Source: Bacilli bacterium (lineage in GTDB: Bacteria; Bacillota_I; Bacilli_A; RF39; UBA660). Taken from it: DNA of 64,000 bases. The position numbers were made by a program, and so were the translations under genes. The notes under the pieces are model-generated. The model worked only from the letters and a program-made list of their open reading frames with translations, did no database searches and was not told the DNA's origin. This document shows, piece after piece, positions 17,458-26,638 of this stretch. The stretch is from positions 7,100 to 71,099 of the forward strand of contig JAGAIS010000006.1 in the NCBI GenBank assembly GCA_017626405.1, read 5' to 3'. The stretch's first letter is position 1. Every line of letters starts with the position of its first letter.

Positions 17458-18195
17458 ATGCAGATTATCAAGAAGATAAACAGAGAACTTGAATTTAACT
17501 ATAACATTTCTGAAATAACTAGTATATGCATGGATATCGATTATAAAGTAAATAATAACAGAATATTAGGTATATTGAATTTAGAAGGAGATTATGTAAG
17601 TAGCAACTTTGAAGATACGCGTGAAGACTTCGATAAGAAAATTGATTTTAGTATTGATCTTGATGAAAACATAGATTTAAATACTGTTAAAGTTGAAATA
17701 GATGATTTTACATATTCTATTGACCAAAACAAACTATTAATAAATGTCGATTTATCCTTATCTTATGAATTTATATTGTTTGATGAGAAAAAAGAATTCG
17801 ATAAATTTATTGAAAGTAGAGAAATAGATGCAAATAAAATAGAAGAAGATAGAGAAGAAGAAAGTAAGGATTTAGAGAGTGTAGAAGAAATAAAAGAAGA
17901 AGCAAATGATATAGAAGAGATTCGAGAAGAAAAAATTGAGAAAACAGAAGAAATCGAAGAAACTCACAAAGGACTAGATGAAGATAAAAGAAAAATCGAA
18001 GATAGTATCATCGATATGGCATCTAACTTTGAAGATGAATTTATAACATACCATATATATATTGTAAATGATGTAGATACATTAGAAGGAATTGCTGAGA
18101 AATATCATATTTCAATAGATATAATCAAAGAATATAATAGTGTAGAAAATCTAAAAAGTGGAATGAAATTAGTTATTCCAATATGTGATGAATAG
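17458..18195 (+). CDS. spoVID: SpoVID-like spore-coat morphogenetic protein (N-domain, Glu-rich linker, C-terminal LysM)
   Basis: The N-terminal pattern (I.G.L.LEGDY ... F.Y.I....LLI.VDL) parallels SpoVID. The centre is E-rich. The C-terminal LysM reads YHIYIV...DTLE.IAEKY.IS...I..YN....L..G..L.IP. Followed by ysxE, as in B. subtilis. Confidence 0.6.
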   Translation: MQIIKKINRELEFNYNISEITSICMDIDYKVNNNRILGILNLEGDYVSSNFEDTREDFDKKIDFSIDLDENIDLNTVKVEIDDFTYSIDQNKLLINVDLSLSYEFILFDEKKEFDKFIESREIDANKIEEDREEESKDLESVEEIKEEANDIEEIREEKIEKTEEIEETHKGLDEDKRKIEDSIIDMASNFEDEFITYHIYIVNDVDTLEGIAEKYHISIDIIKEYNSVENLKSGMKLVIPICDE

Positions 18196-19027
18196 AATAT
18201 CTAAAAAGGGTAAAATCAAGATAATAGATGATGAATATATTGAAAAAGAAGAAAAAGATTTGAAAAAAATATATGATTATTTATTATCTCGAGATTTTAC
18301 TTCTTTTGTACCTCTAATAGAACACGATAGAGATATTAGTAAATATAGATATATTGAAGATTTAAGTGCAAGTGATTATCAAAAAAGTGAAGATTTGATA
18401 AAAACGATAAGTTCTCTTCATAATAAAACTTCTTTTAATAAAGAAGTTAGCAAAGAGACATATAAAAAAATATATGAGGATATGTTAGGTTATATAAATT
18501 ATTTGGAAGAATACTATAATAGATTGCTAGTCAGTATGGAATATAGTGATTTCCCATCACCAAGCGAAACTTTGATGTTAGAGAATTTTTATAAACTAGA
18601 AGAGGTTTTATCTTTTTTAAAAAGAGAAATTGATAACTGGTATAATATGGTTAAGGATAAAACAAAACAGAGAGTCTGTCTAAACCATGGAAAACTAGAA
18701 TTGCAGCATTTATTAAAAAATGACAAAAATTATCTAATAAGTATGGATAAAGCTAATTTTTCATCACCGATCAACGATCTTGTAAGATTTTATCATAAAG
18801 AGTGGGAAAATGTAGAGTTCTCTTCATTATTAGATCTATATTTAAAACATACAACATTAAATCCTGATGAAATAAAACTACTCCTTATAAATATTACAAT
18901 TCCAAAGAAAATTGAATTAAGTAATAATGAATATAAAAACGTTACAAATGTTAGAAAACTATTCGATTATATATTTAAGACTGAAGAATTAATAAGGCCA
19001 TATTATTCGAGCGAGCAAACAGAATAA
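18188..19027 (+). CDS. ysxE: YsxE/CotS-family kinase-like spore coat protein
   Basis: Phosphotransferase-like motif LNHGKLELQHLL...YLISMDKANFSSPINDL; sits downstream of spoVID. Confidence 0.5.
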   Translation: MNRISKKGKIKIIDDEYIEKEEKDLKKIYDYLLSRDFTSFVPLIEHDRDISKYRYIEDLSASDYQKSEDLIKTISSLHNKTSFNKEVSKETYKKIYEDMLGYINYLEEYYNRLLVSMEYSDFPSPSETLMLENFYKLEEVLSFLKREIDNWYNMVKDKTKQRVCLNHGKLELQHLLKNDKNYLISMDKANFSSPINDLVRFYHKEWENVEFSSLLDLYLKHTTLNPDEIKLLLINITIPKKIELSNNEYKNVTNVRKLFDYIFKTEELIRPYYSSEQTE

Positions 19028-19195
19028 TATAAAGATTTCTACAAGTAGTATAAAAATATTAAATCTAAATGGCAGGATAAGTGTGATAATTAGTTGATAG
19101 AATATTAAACACGATAGTATCAATATAAATATGACCGAGAAAAAGCCACCACCATTATTATTGCAACAATTATTACATCTTCGATTCATAGACAT
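18989..19195 (-). CDS. possible small Cys/Asn/Gly-rich hydrophobic protein (YjcZ-like N-terminus?)
   Basis: AGGTGA sits just upstream of the ATGs at 19195 and 19189. Sequence M(SM)NRRCNNCCNNNGGGFFSVIFILILSCL... The 3' end overlaps ysxE by 39 nt, and a +-strand terminator lies upstream, so it may be spurious. Confidence 0.25.
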   Translation of the reverse strand: MSMNRRCNNCCNNNGGGFFSVIFILILSCLIFYQLIITLILPFRFNIFILLVEIFILFCLLARIIWPY

Positions 19196-19271
19196 CACCT
19201 AATATATTATATGAAGACATAGCAAATATGTCTTTTTTTATTGTAAATTAATTTAATTTAATCTCTTAATC

Positions 19272-19300
19272 TTGCTAAAATATATTAATTATTCTATAAT
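19272..19300 (+). promoter_or_regulatory. sigma-A-like promoter of the minor-pilin cluster (TTGCTA-17-TATAAT)
   Basis: TTGCTA at 19272-19277, a 17-nt spacer, TATAAT at 19295-19300. Confidence 0.55.
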
Positions 19301-19324
19301 AAAATATAGAATAGGAGAGGTAAT

Positions 19325-20314
19325 ATGAAAAAGAATGGTTTTATTGCGACAAGTATATTATATTCATTCTTTTTGGTATTTGTAACTCTTTTTGTAGCTT
19401 TGATTTCTGCATACTTGCACAATAGGATACTATTATCTAATATGAATGAGGCAGCATGGGATACCCTAGTTGGAATTAATAATACAAAAATATCAGATTT
19501 GAGTGTTGGTGATTATATATCTTTTGATACAGATAAGGCCGGTTCTGTTATAAATACTGGTGCAAAGTGGATTACAGCATATATAACTACTAATGGCGAT
19601 AATAAAACTTATTACTTTATTAGTGATACTTCAGCTCAAAAACAAGAAGTAATATTTAGAGCAAGTTATGATACAATTGAGAAAGTCCATGTATTTACAC
19701 CGATTTTATATCGAGAATTAGTTGCTACTCCATCGTATACTAATTCATTCTATATTCCAGGATTTAAGGTCTATTTACCAACAGTTTCACTACTAGAGAA
19801 TATTAGAAAACAAAACATTCATCCTGATGTAATGGATGCTATATTTGATATTAATAGTAGTTATATCGTGAATATGGATAAAGCAATTAGTGGATATCAA
19901 CAGAATCAATTTTATGAATATAGAATGTATAATTTTTCGCTTGGAAGTCAGCAAAACAATGTTGTGCCATCTTATTGTGGCGGATCATTTAATGGTTCAA
20001 AAGTTACATATAATTCAAACAATACATTCGGTTATATAAATGTTGTTAAAGACTCAGTAAAGAACGAAAAATATGTAGACTATTGTTCCTACGCTTCACC
20101 AATTGCATACTCTCATAATGCTAACGATTTAGTAGTGAGTACTACAGAAAATAAGCCTTCGGGAGATTTAGTCGAAAATTTATATTCAGCATCATATAGT
20201 TACCGCTTAGTTGCTGAAATTACTGTAAACACTTCTCAAAATAATACATACATTGCTGGTGGAAAAGGAAATTATATGGATCCTTATCTATTTACGAATG
20301 GGGTGAAGCAATAA
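19325..20314 (+). CDS. prepilin-type N-terminal domain protein, large minor pilin lacking Glu5
   Basis: MKKNG|FIATS plus a hydrophobic helix; position +5 is Ser rather than Glu. First gene of three translationally coupled pilin-like genes. GGAGAGG SD. Confidence 0.55.
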   Translation: MKKNGFIATSILYSFFLVFVTLFVALISAYLHNRILLSNMNEAAWDTLVGINNTKISDLSVGDYISFDTDKAGSVINTGAKWITAYITTNGDNKTYYFISDTSAQKQEVIFRASYDTIEKVHVFTPILYRELVATPSYTNSFYIPGFKVYLPTVSLLENIRKQNIHPDVMDAIFDINSSYIVNMDKAISGYQQNQFYEYRMYNFSLGSQQNNVVPSYCGGSFNGSKVTYNSNNTFGYINVVKDSVKNEKYVDYCSYASPIAYSHNANDLVVSTTENKPSGDLVENLYSASYSYRLVAEITVNTSQNNTYIAGGKGNYMDPYLFTNGVKQ

Positions 20315-20862
20315 TGAAGAAAAATGGTTTTGTCTTTTTAGAGACCATTGTAGTAATTAGTGTATTGTCAATTACCTTACTACTTTTATTCTCTTCGTAT
20401 TCCTTTATGTTGCGCAAATCACGAGAAAGAGATACTTTTGACAATATTGATTTAATATATAAAACCTATTATATTAAGGATATATTAGATAATTATAAAG
20501 CTAGTAGAGGAGCAAATGATCCTAGGAGTAGTATAATGTTCTATATTGATAAAAATAGCTTAGAGTGTAAAAAAATGGGATCTTTCAATAGTTATGTTTG
20601 TGATTTATCAAATCCTTCCTATAGTGGATCACTTTTATCAGCTAAAGCAGCTTTTGAAGCAGATAAAATCTATCTACTTAATCCAAATGAATTATTAAAA
20701 TCAAGTAATAAAAACAATTGGTTAGCTTTATTTGATGCAACAACTATCGATTATATAAATGAACTTGGAGTAGCAACAAATAAGCAAATAATGGTTGTTA
20801 AATATAAGAAAGTCTATGGCGATGGAACTTATGAAGTATTCCATTCCTCAATAGAAGTATAG
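20314..20862 (+). CDS. type IV minor pilin / pseudopilin
   Basis: MKKNG|FVFLE (Glu5) plus a hydrophobic helix; the ATG overlaps the upstream stop (TAATG). Confidence 0.6.
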   Translation: MKKNGFVFLETIVVISVLSITLLLLFSSYSFMLRKSRERDTFDNIDLIYKTYYIKDILDNYKASRGANDPRSSIMFYIDKNSLECKKMGSFNSYVCDLSNPSYSGSLLSAKAAFEADKIYLLNPNELLKSSNKNNWLALFDATTIDYINELGVATNKQIMVVKYKKVYGDGTYEVFHSSIEV

Positions 20863-20870
20863 GTGATATC

Positions 20871-21674
20871 ATGACAAGAAAGAAAAATGGAATGACTATC
20901 GTCGAAGTATTAATCAGTATACTATTAATCAGTATAGTAGTTGCTCTTTTATTTAATATGTTGATTCAAATTAGAAACGAAGACGTAGATAATACAATTC
21001 AATCGAATTTTTTATTGTCGCAGGCTATGTTTACTAAGACAGTTGAAGAAGATGCCATCAATTATGGGGTTTCTAGAGTTAGCTCTTGTAATTTAACTGA
21101 TGCTAATATTTCTATAGAATTATTAAATTCAGCATATGCTAATGAATTTAAATGTATAAGAATAGATTATGCTGCTGATTATACTGAAGATAATATTGGA
21201 TTCCTTATGGCATATAATACATTTGAAAAATATGATGTTGTAAATGGTAAATATCAAGGAATTCAAGATACATCCTCATGGATGATCCAATATATTAGAG
21301 GACACTATGAAAAAGATCAAAGCGGCCACAAATTGGGAGATCCAGCATTTAGCATCAATTATCCTGATGTTTCAACTTGGAAGAGTTTAACTCAAACAAT
21401 GCGATCACTTCCTGCAGATATAGACATGTCATATACATCATACATTAATTATACAGCAGCTCCTTCTTCAACTATTGGGGGAATAATTACTAATTATAAT
21501 GCTGCTAATTTAGTAATGCCAATTGTTAATCCTGATGGAGAACATTACGATATCAATATTGCTTTCACTTTTAATGGAAATAACAATTTTAAATGTGATA
21601 TGAAAAAACCTAAATCATTAGATTGTAGATGTAAGAGTAGTAATTCATTATGTCAAAATACATATCAATACTGA
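20871..21674 (+). CDS. type IV minor pilin / pseudopilin with a Cys-rich C-terminus
   Basis: MTRKKNG|MTIVE (Glu5) plus a hydrophobic helix. AGGTGA SD. C-terminus KCDMKKPKSLDCRCKSSNSLC. Confidence 0.6.
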   Translation: MTRKKNGMTIVEVLISILLISIVVALLFNMLIQIRNEDVDNTIQSNFLLSQAMFTKTVEEDAINYGVSRVSSCNLTDANISIELLNSAYANEFKCIRIDYAADYTEDNIGFLMAYNTFEKYDVVNGKYQGIQDTSSWMIQYIRGHYEKDQSGHKLGDPAFSINYPDVSTWKSLTQTMRSLPADIDMSYTSYINYTAAPSSTIGGIITNYNAANLVMPIVNPDGEHYDINIAFTFNGNNNFKCDMKKPKSLDCRCKSSNSLCQNTYQY

Positions 21675-22481
21675 TATTATGAATACTACTAATCTCTGAA
21701 TTACTATATGATAATAATTTATTCTGATATCCTTTAATATTCCTTTTATTTGAGTAAAAATAGAAATACCCCCAAATGATAGAATTAAAAGATATAGATA
21801 ATTATTACCTTTGAAAAATATATTTGTTTTATACAAACCTGTTGTTAATTCAAAAAATCCTCCAAGGATACAAGAAACAATAGGTTTTTTAATTATTATG
21901 ATATTTGATAATAACATAAATATGGAAATTGTACCCAAGATATTTAACAAGATATGTATACCTTTTTCAATACTTTTATTCAAATCAAATTCATTATTAG
22001 AATTTAGTTCTATTTCTATAATATTATTATTTTTCCCTCTAAATAATAAACCGGTAATAATTGTAGATATAAAAAGAATAGCATACACTTTAATATTGGT
22101 AAAATTAATAACAAAGATAGGATTAAAGAAAAGACAAAGCGGGATGAGTTTATTTATATCATCTTCATTTAATAAATTCTTTTTATAAAGATTGTATGCA
22201 AGAGACATATTACTTGGTGTACCACAAAGTAAAGACACAATAAATACTAGTAATCCATATTTATTAATTTTAAATAATTTTTGAAATATGTTTCCTCCGC
22301 TTTTTATTAAGAATTCAAATACATTGAAAGAAACAATTAAATCACAAAGAATGAGTACGGGGAAAATTGATGGGAATAAATTCTTATACCATATATTAAT
22401 TGACTCCAAAATACTCATTGAAACTAAATCTTTATTGTAAAAAAATAATCCAATTAAAAATAATATTAATATTTTCATCAT
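21648..22481 (-). CDS. ylbJ: YlbJ-like sporulation integral membrane protein (nucleoside-recognition/Gate domain)
   Basis: Polytopic membrane protein. W.NLFPSIFP, GTPSNMSLAYNLYKKNLLNEDDINKLIPLCLFFNPIF parallels YlbJ G.P.GA.....LY......T..EA.RL..F.N...PLF. Adjacent to ylbL. Confidence 0.55.
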   Translation of the reverse strand: MMKILILFLIGLFFYNKDLVSMSILESINIWYKNLFPSIFPVLILCDLIVSFNVFEFLIKSGGNIFQKLFKINKYGLLVFIVSLLCGTPSNMSLAYNLYKKNLLNEDDINKLIPLCLFFNPIFVINFTNIKVYAILFISTIITGLLFRGKNNNIIEIELNSNNEFDLNKSIEKGIHILLNILGTISIFMLLSNIIIIKKPIVSCILGGFFELTTGLYKTNIFFKGNNYLYLLILSFGGISIFTQIKGILKDIRINYYHIVIQRLVVFIISVLICILT

Positions 22482-22496
22482 AAATTCCTATTCTAG

Positions 22497-22505
22497 TGCT
22501 ATAAT
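22497..22505 (+). promoter_or_regulatory. extended -10 element (TGcTATAAT) directly upstream of the ylbL start codons
   Basis: TGcTATAAT ends 7-10 nt before GTG 22513 / ATG 22516, and no SD lies between them. Confidence 0.4.
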
Positions 22506-22515
22506 GTAAAATGTG

Positions 22516-23529
22516 ATGAATATGTTTAATAAATTATATACAAATACAAAAAAATATATTAAGGGAAATATAGTATTTTTACTAATTATTCTTCTATATG
22601 TATTAATTGTAAATGTTAAATTGCCTTTTAGTATTGAATCTCCCGGAGGATTAATTAATATAAATGACAGATTGAGTGGCAATATATACAATAGTAAGGG
22701 ATCAATTAATCTAACTTATGTAACAGTAAGAGATGGAACAATACCAAACTTAATTATTGCTGCATTAAATAAAGATTGGGATATCATAAGTAATAATAAT
22801 ATAAAACTTGATAATGAAACGATGCAAGAATCATTAATAAGAAGTAGATTAGAATACGATGCCTCAGTAAATTCTTCTTATTATGTGGCCTATAACTATG
22901 CCAATTTAGATCCTAAGATACTTGATAGCAATATCTATGTTGAATATATCTTAGAAGAAGCTAATACGGATATTCAAGTAGGAGACAAGATAATTGAGTT
23001 CGATGATAGAAAGATGAATAATATTACAGATTTTTATAGTTATATTCAAAATCTAAATATTGGAGATGAGGTTAAATTTATTGTTGAAAATAATAAAAAA
23101 CATTATAAAAGGACTGCCAATATCATTGAGTATGAGGGAAACAAAATGATTGGTATTACAATTATTAATATTCCAAATATCGAAGTAGAAAATAAAATTA
23201 CATATAAGAGTGAAGATAATGAGAATGGACCTTCAGGTGGTCTTATGTTTACTTTATCAATCTATAATGCGATAACTGAGTATGATATTACAAATGGATA
23301 TAAGATAAGTGGAACGGGTACTATTAATATGGACGGAACTATCGGAATAATAGGTGGAGTAAAATATAAGTTAGCTGGCGCTGTTAAGAAAAATGCCGAT
23401 ATATTTATTGCTCCATCAGAAAATTATGAAGAGGCATTAGAACTTAAAAAGAAGAATAAATATGATATTAAAATTGTTAAAGCTGATACATTCGAAGAAG
23501 CGTTGGAAGAGTTAAAAAAACTAAAATAA
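22516..23529 (+). CDS. ylbL: YlbL/SepM-family PDZ plus Lon-like (S16) serine protease
   Basis: N-terminal TM, a PDZ region (GDKIIEFDDRKM), and a Lon C-terminal protease domain (GPSGGLMFTLSIYN ... GTGTI..DGTIG.IGGV..K). The exact start (22513, 22516 or 22522) is uncertain. Confidence 0.75.
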   Translation: MNMFNKLYTNTKKYIKGNIVFLLIILLYVLIVNVKLPFSIESPGGLININDRLSGNIYNSKGSINLTYVTVRDGTIPNLIIAALNKDWDIISNNNIKLDNETMQESLIRSRLEYDASVNSSYYVAYNYANLDPKILDSNIYVEYILEEANTDIQVGDKIIEFDDRKMNNITDFYSYIQNLNIGDEVKFIVENNKKHYKRTANIIEYEGNKMIGITIINIPNIEVENKITYKSEDNENGPSGGLMFTLSIYNAITEYDITNGYKISGTGTINMDGTIGIIGGVKYKLAGAVKKNADIFIAPSENYEEALELKKKNKYDIKIVKADTFEEALEELKKLK

Positions 23530-23541
23530 CTCTTTTTTTTA
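23508..23541 (+). terminator. rho-independent terminator after ylbL
   Basis: Stem agagtta/taactct (12-nt loop) followed by T8. Confidence 0.5.
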
Positions 23542-23581
23542 AGTTTTAAAAAGTTTATAATAATAAGTATGGGTGAAGTAT

Positions 23582-26119
23582 ATGAAACTAAGTGAAGTAA
23601 ATCGTGATGAATTATCACCAATGATGCAACAATACATGGATATTAAAATGCGTTATGCAGATGATCTATTATTTTTTAGATTAGGCGATTTTTACGAATT
23701 GTTTTTTGAAGATGCCGAAGTTACTAGTCATGAATTAGAACTAACACTAACTGGCAAAAATGCTGGATTAAAAGAGAGAGTTCCAATGTGTGGGGTACCT
23801 CACCATGCTGTAAAGTCATATATTGAAAAACTTATAAATAAAGGATATAAAGTTGCTATTTGTGAGCAACTTGAAGATCCTAGGTTTACTAAGGGTATGG
23901 TAAAAAGAGATGTTATTGAGGTAATAACTAAAGGGACAATGGTTGATCTAGAATTCTTAAATGAAAGAGATTTTAATTATATTGCATCAGTAATAGATTA
24001 TAATTATGCCTTTTTAGTAACATTCATTGATATTTCAACCGGAGAAGTAAATTCAATAATGATAGAACATGATAATAATAAATTATTAAATGAACTTTTA
24101 AGTATAAATGTAAAAGAAGTAATAGTTACTAGTGATGTTGAACTTGAAATTATTAATTCTTTAAGCAATAATTACAACATAAATATATCTATAAGTGACG
24201 ATTATTCTGATAATGATTATAAGTCTATATATGAGGGTATTCAAGACGAACGAGTTATTAAAGGTGTAAAACATTTAATATATTACTTGCATGTCAAGGA
24301 ATTGAAAGATTTATCTCATTTATCTAGGGTAAATATCCTAAATAAAGAAGATTATTTAAAAATGGACATACATACTATTAGAAATCTTGAATTAGTTGAA
24401 ACTTTAAGGCTAAAAGAGAGAAAGAATTCACTAATTTGGTTGCTTGATAAAACTAAGACAGCTCCGGGAGCAAGATTGCTAAAAAACTGGCTTTTAAATC
24501 CTCTAAGAGACAAAAAAAGAATAGAAGATAGATATAACTATATTGATACCTTAAATTCGCACTTTTTAGAGAGGGAAGAAATAAGAAATGCCCTTTATGA
24601 AGTATATGATCTTGAGAGACTATGTGGAAAAATAATATGTGGCAATTTAAATGCTAGAGATGTATTGCAAATTAAGAATTCGCTAAAAGTTATACCAATG
24701 TTAGATGAATTAATAAAAAAATTGAAGTTTAATTTTAAATTGAATAATCATGAAGAATTATATAAATTACTAGATTCCGCTATTTATGAAGAACCACCTA
24801 TATCTGTTAAAGAGGGCTATCTAATTAAAGAAGGTTATAATAAAGAACTAGATGAACTAAAAGTAATTAGAAGTGGTGGAAAAGATTTTATTTCGGGAAT
24901 CGAAAGTGAATTAAAAGAAAAAACTGGAATTCAAAATCTAAAAGTAGGATATAACAAAGTGTTTGGCTATTATATTGAAGTAACAAAGGGACAAGTTGAC
25001 AAAATTGATCCATCTCTTGGATGGGAGAGAAGACAGACCCTTACAGGTGCAGAAAGGTATATTACTCCTGAATTAAAAGAGAAAGAGGCATTAGTTTTAA
25101 ATGCCGAAGAAAAGATTGTTGAATTAGAATATAACTTATTTAATGAAATAAGAGATGTATTGAGACAAAATGTATTTAGTTTAAAAGAAACAGCAAGTGC
25201 TCTTAGTCAAATCGATTGTCTAACAAGTTTATCAATAGTATCAGAAGAATATCATTTAGTTAGACCTAAAATACTAGACGAGAGAAGTATTAAAATAATC
25301 AATGGTTCGCATCCGGTAGTAGAATGTGTAAGCAATGAACAATATATTAAAAATGATTGCATAATGGATGAAGGTACCCAAACTTTATTGATCACTGGTC
25401 CAAATATGTCTGGTAAATCAACGTATATGAGACAACTTGCGATAACAATAATACTTGCTCAAATGGGTTCATTTGTTCCTGCTGAATCAGCAGAACTGCC
25501 AATATTTGATTCTATATTTACGAGAATTGGAGCAAGTGATGATCTAGTTAGTGGGGAATCTACTTTTATGGTTGAAATGTTAGAGGCGAGAAATGCTATT
25601 GATAACGCAACTGAAAATTCACTTATACTGTTTGATGAATTAGGCAGAGGAACGGCAACATTCGATGGTATGAGTTTAGCTCGAGCAATACTGGAATATG
25701 TCAATACTCATATTAAATGTAAGACATTATTTTCAACGCACTATCACGAATTGACAGGATTGGAAAAAGAGTTCTCTACCATAAAAAATATTCATGTAGA
25801 TGCCATAGAGGAAGATGGACACATTACTTTTTTACACAAAATTAAAAGCGGAGCAGTAGACAAATCTTATGGTATACATGTAGCAAGACTTGCCGGTATG
25901 CCAAACGAATTATTAGAAAGAGCAGATGAAATATTAAAATACTATGAATCTAATAAAGATAAATCTGATCATGTTGAACAGATATCTTTAAACTTAGATG
26001 AAGAACCTAAAAATGATGAATTAAGAGATTATATTAAAGAGATAGATCCGTTAAAACTAACCCCATTAGATGCAATAAATGAAATATTTAAAATAAAAGA
26101 TATGAGTAAAAAGAATTAA
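23582..26119 (+). CDS. mutS: DNA mismatch repair protein MutS
   Basis: N-terminal TPMMQQY-like motif (SPMMQQYMDIK), FYELFFEDA, Walker A GPNMSGKST, STFMVEM, DELGRGT, and FSTHYHEL. Start moved to ATG 23582 (GGGTGA plus 5 nt). Confidence 0.95.
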   Translation: MKLSEVNRDELSPMMQQYMDIKMRYADDLLFFRLGDFYELFFEDAEVTSHELELTLTGKNAGLKERVPMCGVPHHAVKSYIEKLINKGYKVAICEQLEDPRFTKGMVKRDVIEVITKGTMVDLEFLNERDFNYIASVIDYNYAFLVTFIDISTGEVNSIMIEHDNNKLLNELLSINVKEVIVTSDVELEIINSLSNNYNINISISDDYSDNDYKSIYEGIQDERVIKGVKHLIYYLHVKELKDLSHLSRVNILNKEDYLKMDIHTIRNLELVETLRLKERKNSLIWLLDKTKTAPGARLLKNWLLNPLRDKKRIEDRYNYIDTLNSHFLEREEIRNALYEVYDLERLCGKIICGNLNARDVLQIKNSLKVIPMLDELIKKLKFNFKLNNHEELYKLLDSAIYEEPPISVKEGYLIKEGYNKELDELKVIRSGGKDFISGIESELKEKTGIQNLKVGYNKVFGYYIEVTKGQVDKIDPSLGWERRQTLTGAERYITPELKEKEALVLNAEEKIVELEYNLFNEIRDVLRQNVFSLKETASALSQIDCLTSLSIVSEEYHLVRPKILDERSIKIINGSHPVVECVSNEQYIKNDCIMDEGTQTLLITGPNMSGKSTYMRQLAITIILAQMGSFVPAESAELPIFDSIFTRIGASDDLVSGESTFMVEMLEARNAIDNATENSLILFDELGRGTATFDGMSLARAILEYVNTHIKCKTLFSTHYHELTGLEKEFSTIKNIHVDAIEEDGHITFLHKIKSGAVDKSYGIHVARLAGMPNELLERADEILKYYESNKDKSDHVEQISLNLDEEPKNDELRDYIKEIDPLKLTPLDAINEIFKIKDMSKKN

Positions 26120-26137
26120 ATAATTAATTCTTTTTTT
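26111..26137 (+). terminator. rho-independent terminator after mutS
   Basis: Stem aagaattaa/ttaattctt spanning the stop codon, then a T-run. Confidence 0.6.
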
Positions 26138-26191
26138 CATGGTTCGACAATTTTTGTAATAGATTTATTATACATTTATTGTGGTGATATT

Positions 26192-26638
26192 ATGAAAAAC
26201 ATTTTAGCAGTTACTTTTGGAGTTATTATATCAGTAATTATCGGTAGTCTATTTATGAAAGTGTCAAATAATCCAAGCGATTCTTCAACACTTGTAAATT
26301 ATGAAAATAACATAAAGGCATTTCAGGTGGCTGCATATACTTCTACTCAAGCTGCTGAGGAAGAAGCTAAAAACAAAAATGGAATAGTAATTAAAGACGA
26401 CGATTATTACTGCGTATATATTGCAATACTTCGCGATTCATCAAATGTCAATCGCATGATTAAATACTTAAACGATACACAAACCTATTACTATGTTAAA
26501 AATATAGATTTATCTTCTGATATACAAGATAATCTGACCAAATATGAAGAATTAATGAAAAATACTAATTCTGATGTTGCATTCATCAAACTGAATAATC
26601 AAATTCTTAAAATGGTAGGTGAATTCAATGAAGATTAG
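26192..26638 (+). CDS. membrane-anchored SPOR-domain-like protein
   Basis: N-terminal TM. FQVAAYTS.QAAEEEAK......V.....YY.VYIA resembles the SPOR peptidoglycan-binding fold pattern. Confidence 0.45.
   Translation: MKNILAVTFGVIISVIIGSLFMKVSNNPSDSSTLVNYENNIKAFQVAAYTSTQAAEEEAKNKNGIVIKDDDYYCVYIAILRDSSNVNRMIKYLNDTQTYYYVKNIDLSSDIQDNLTKYEELMKNTNSDVAFIKLNNQILKMVGEFNED

Noticed and set aside
17800-18000. Repetitive gaagaa-rich stretch in spoVID, and the acaaca/actaca Thr-codon runs at about 33060-33200, considered as satellite or CRISPR-like repeats.
   Set aside because: These are in-frame low-complexity coding linkers (Glu-rich and Thr-rich). They have no regular repeat-spacer periodicity.
21811-22188. 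A + strand 125-aa ORF inside the ylbJ-like gene, and the minus-strand ORF at 22488-22691 opposite ylbL.
   Set aside because: Both are antisense to better-supported membrane and protease genes, and neither has start-site signals.
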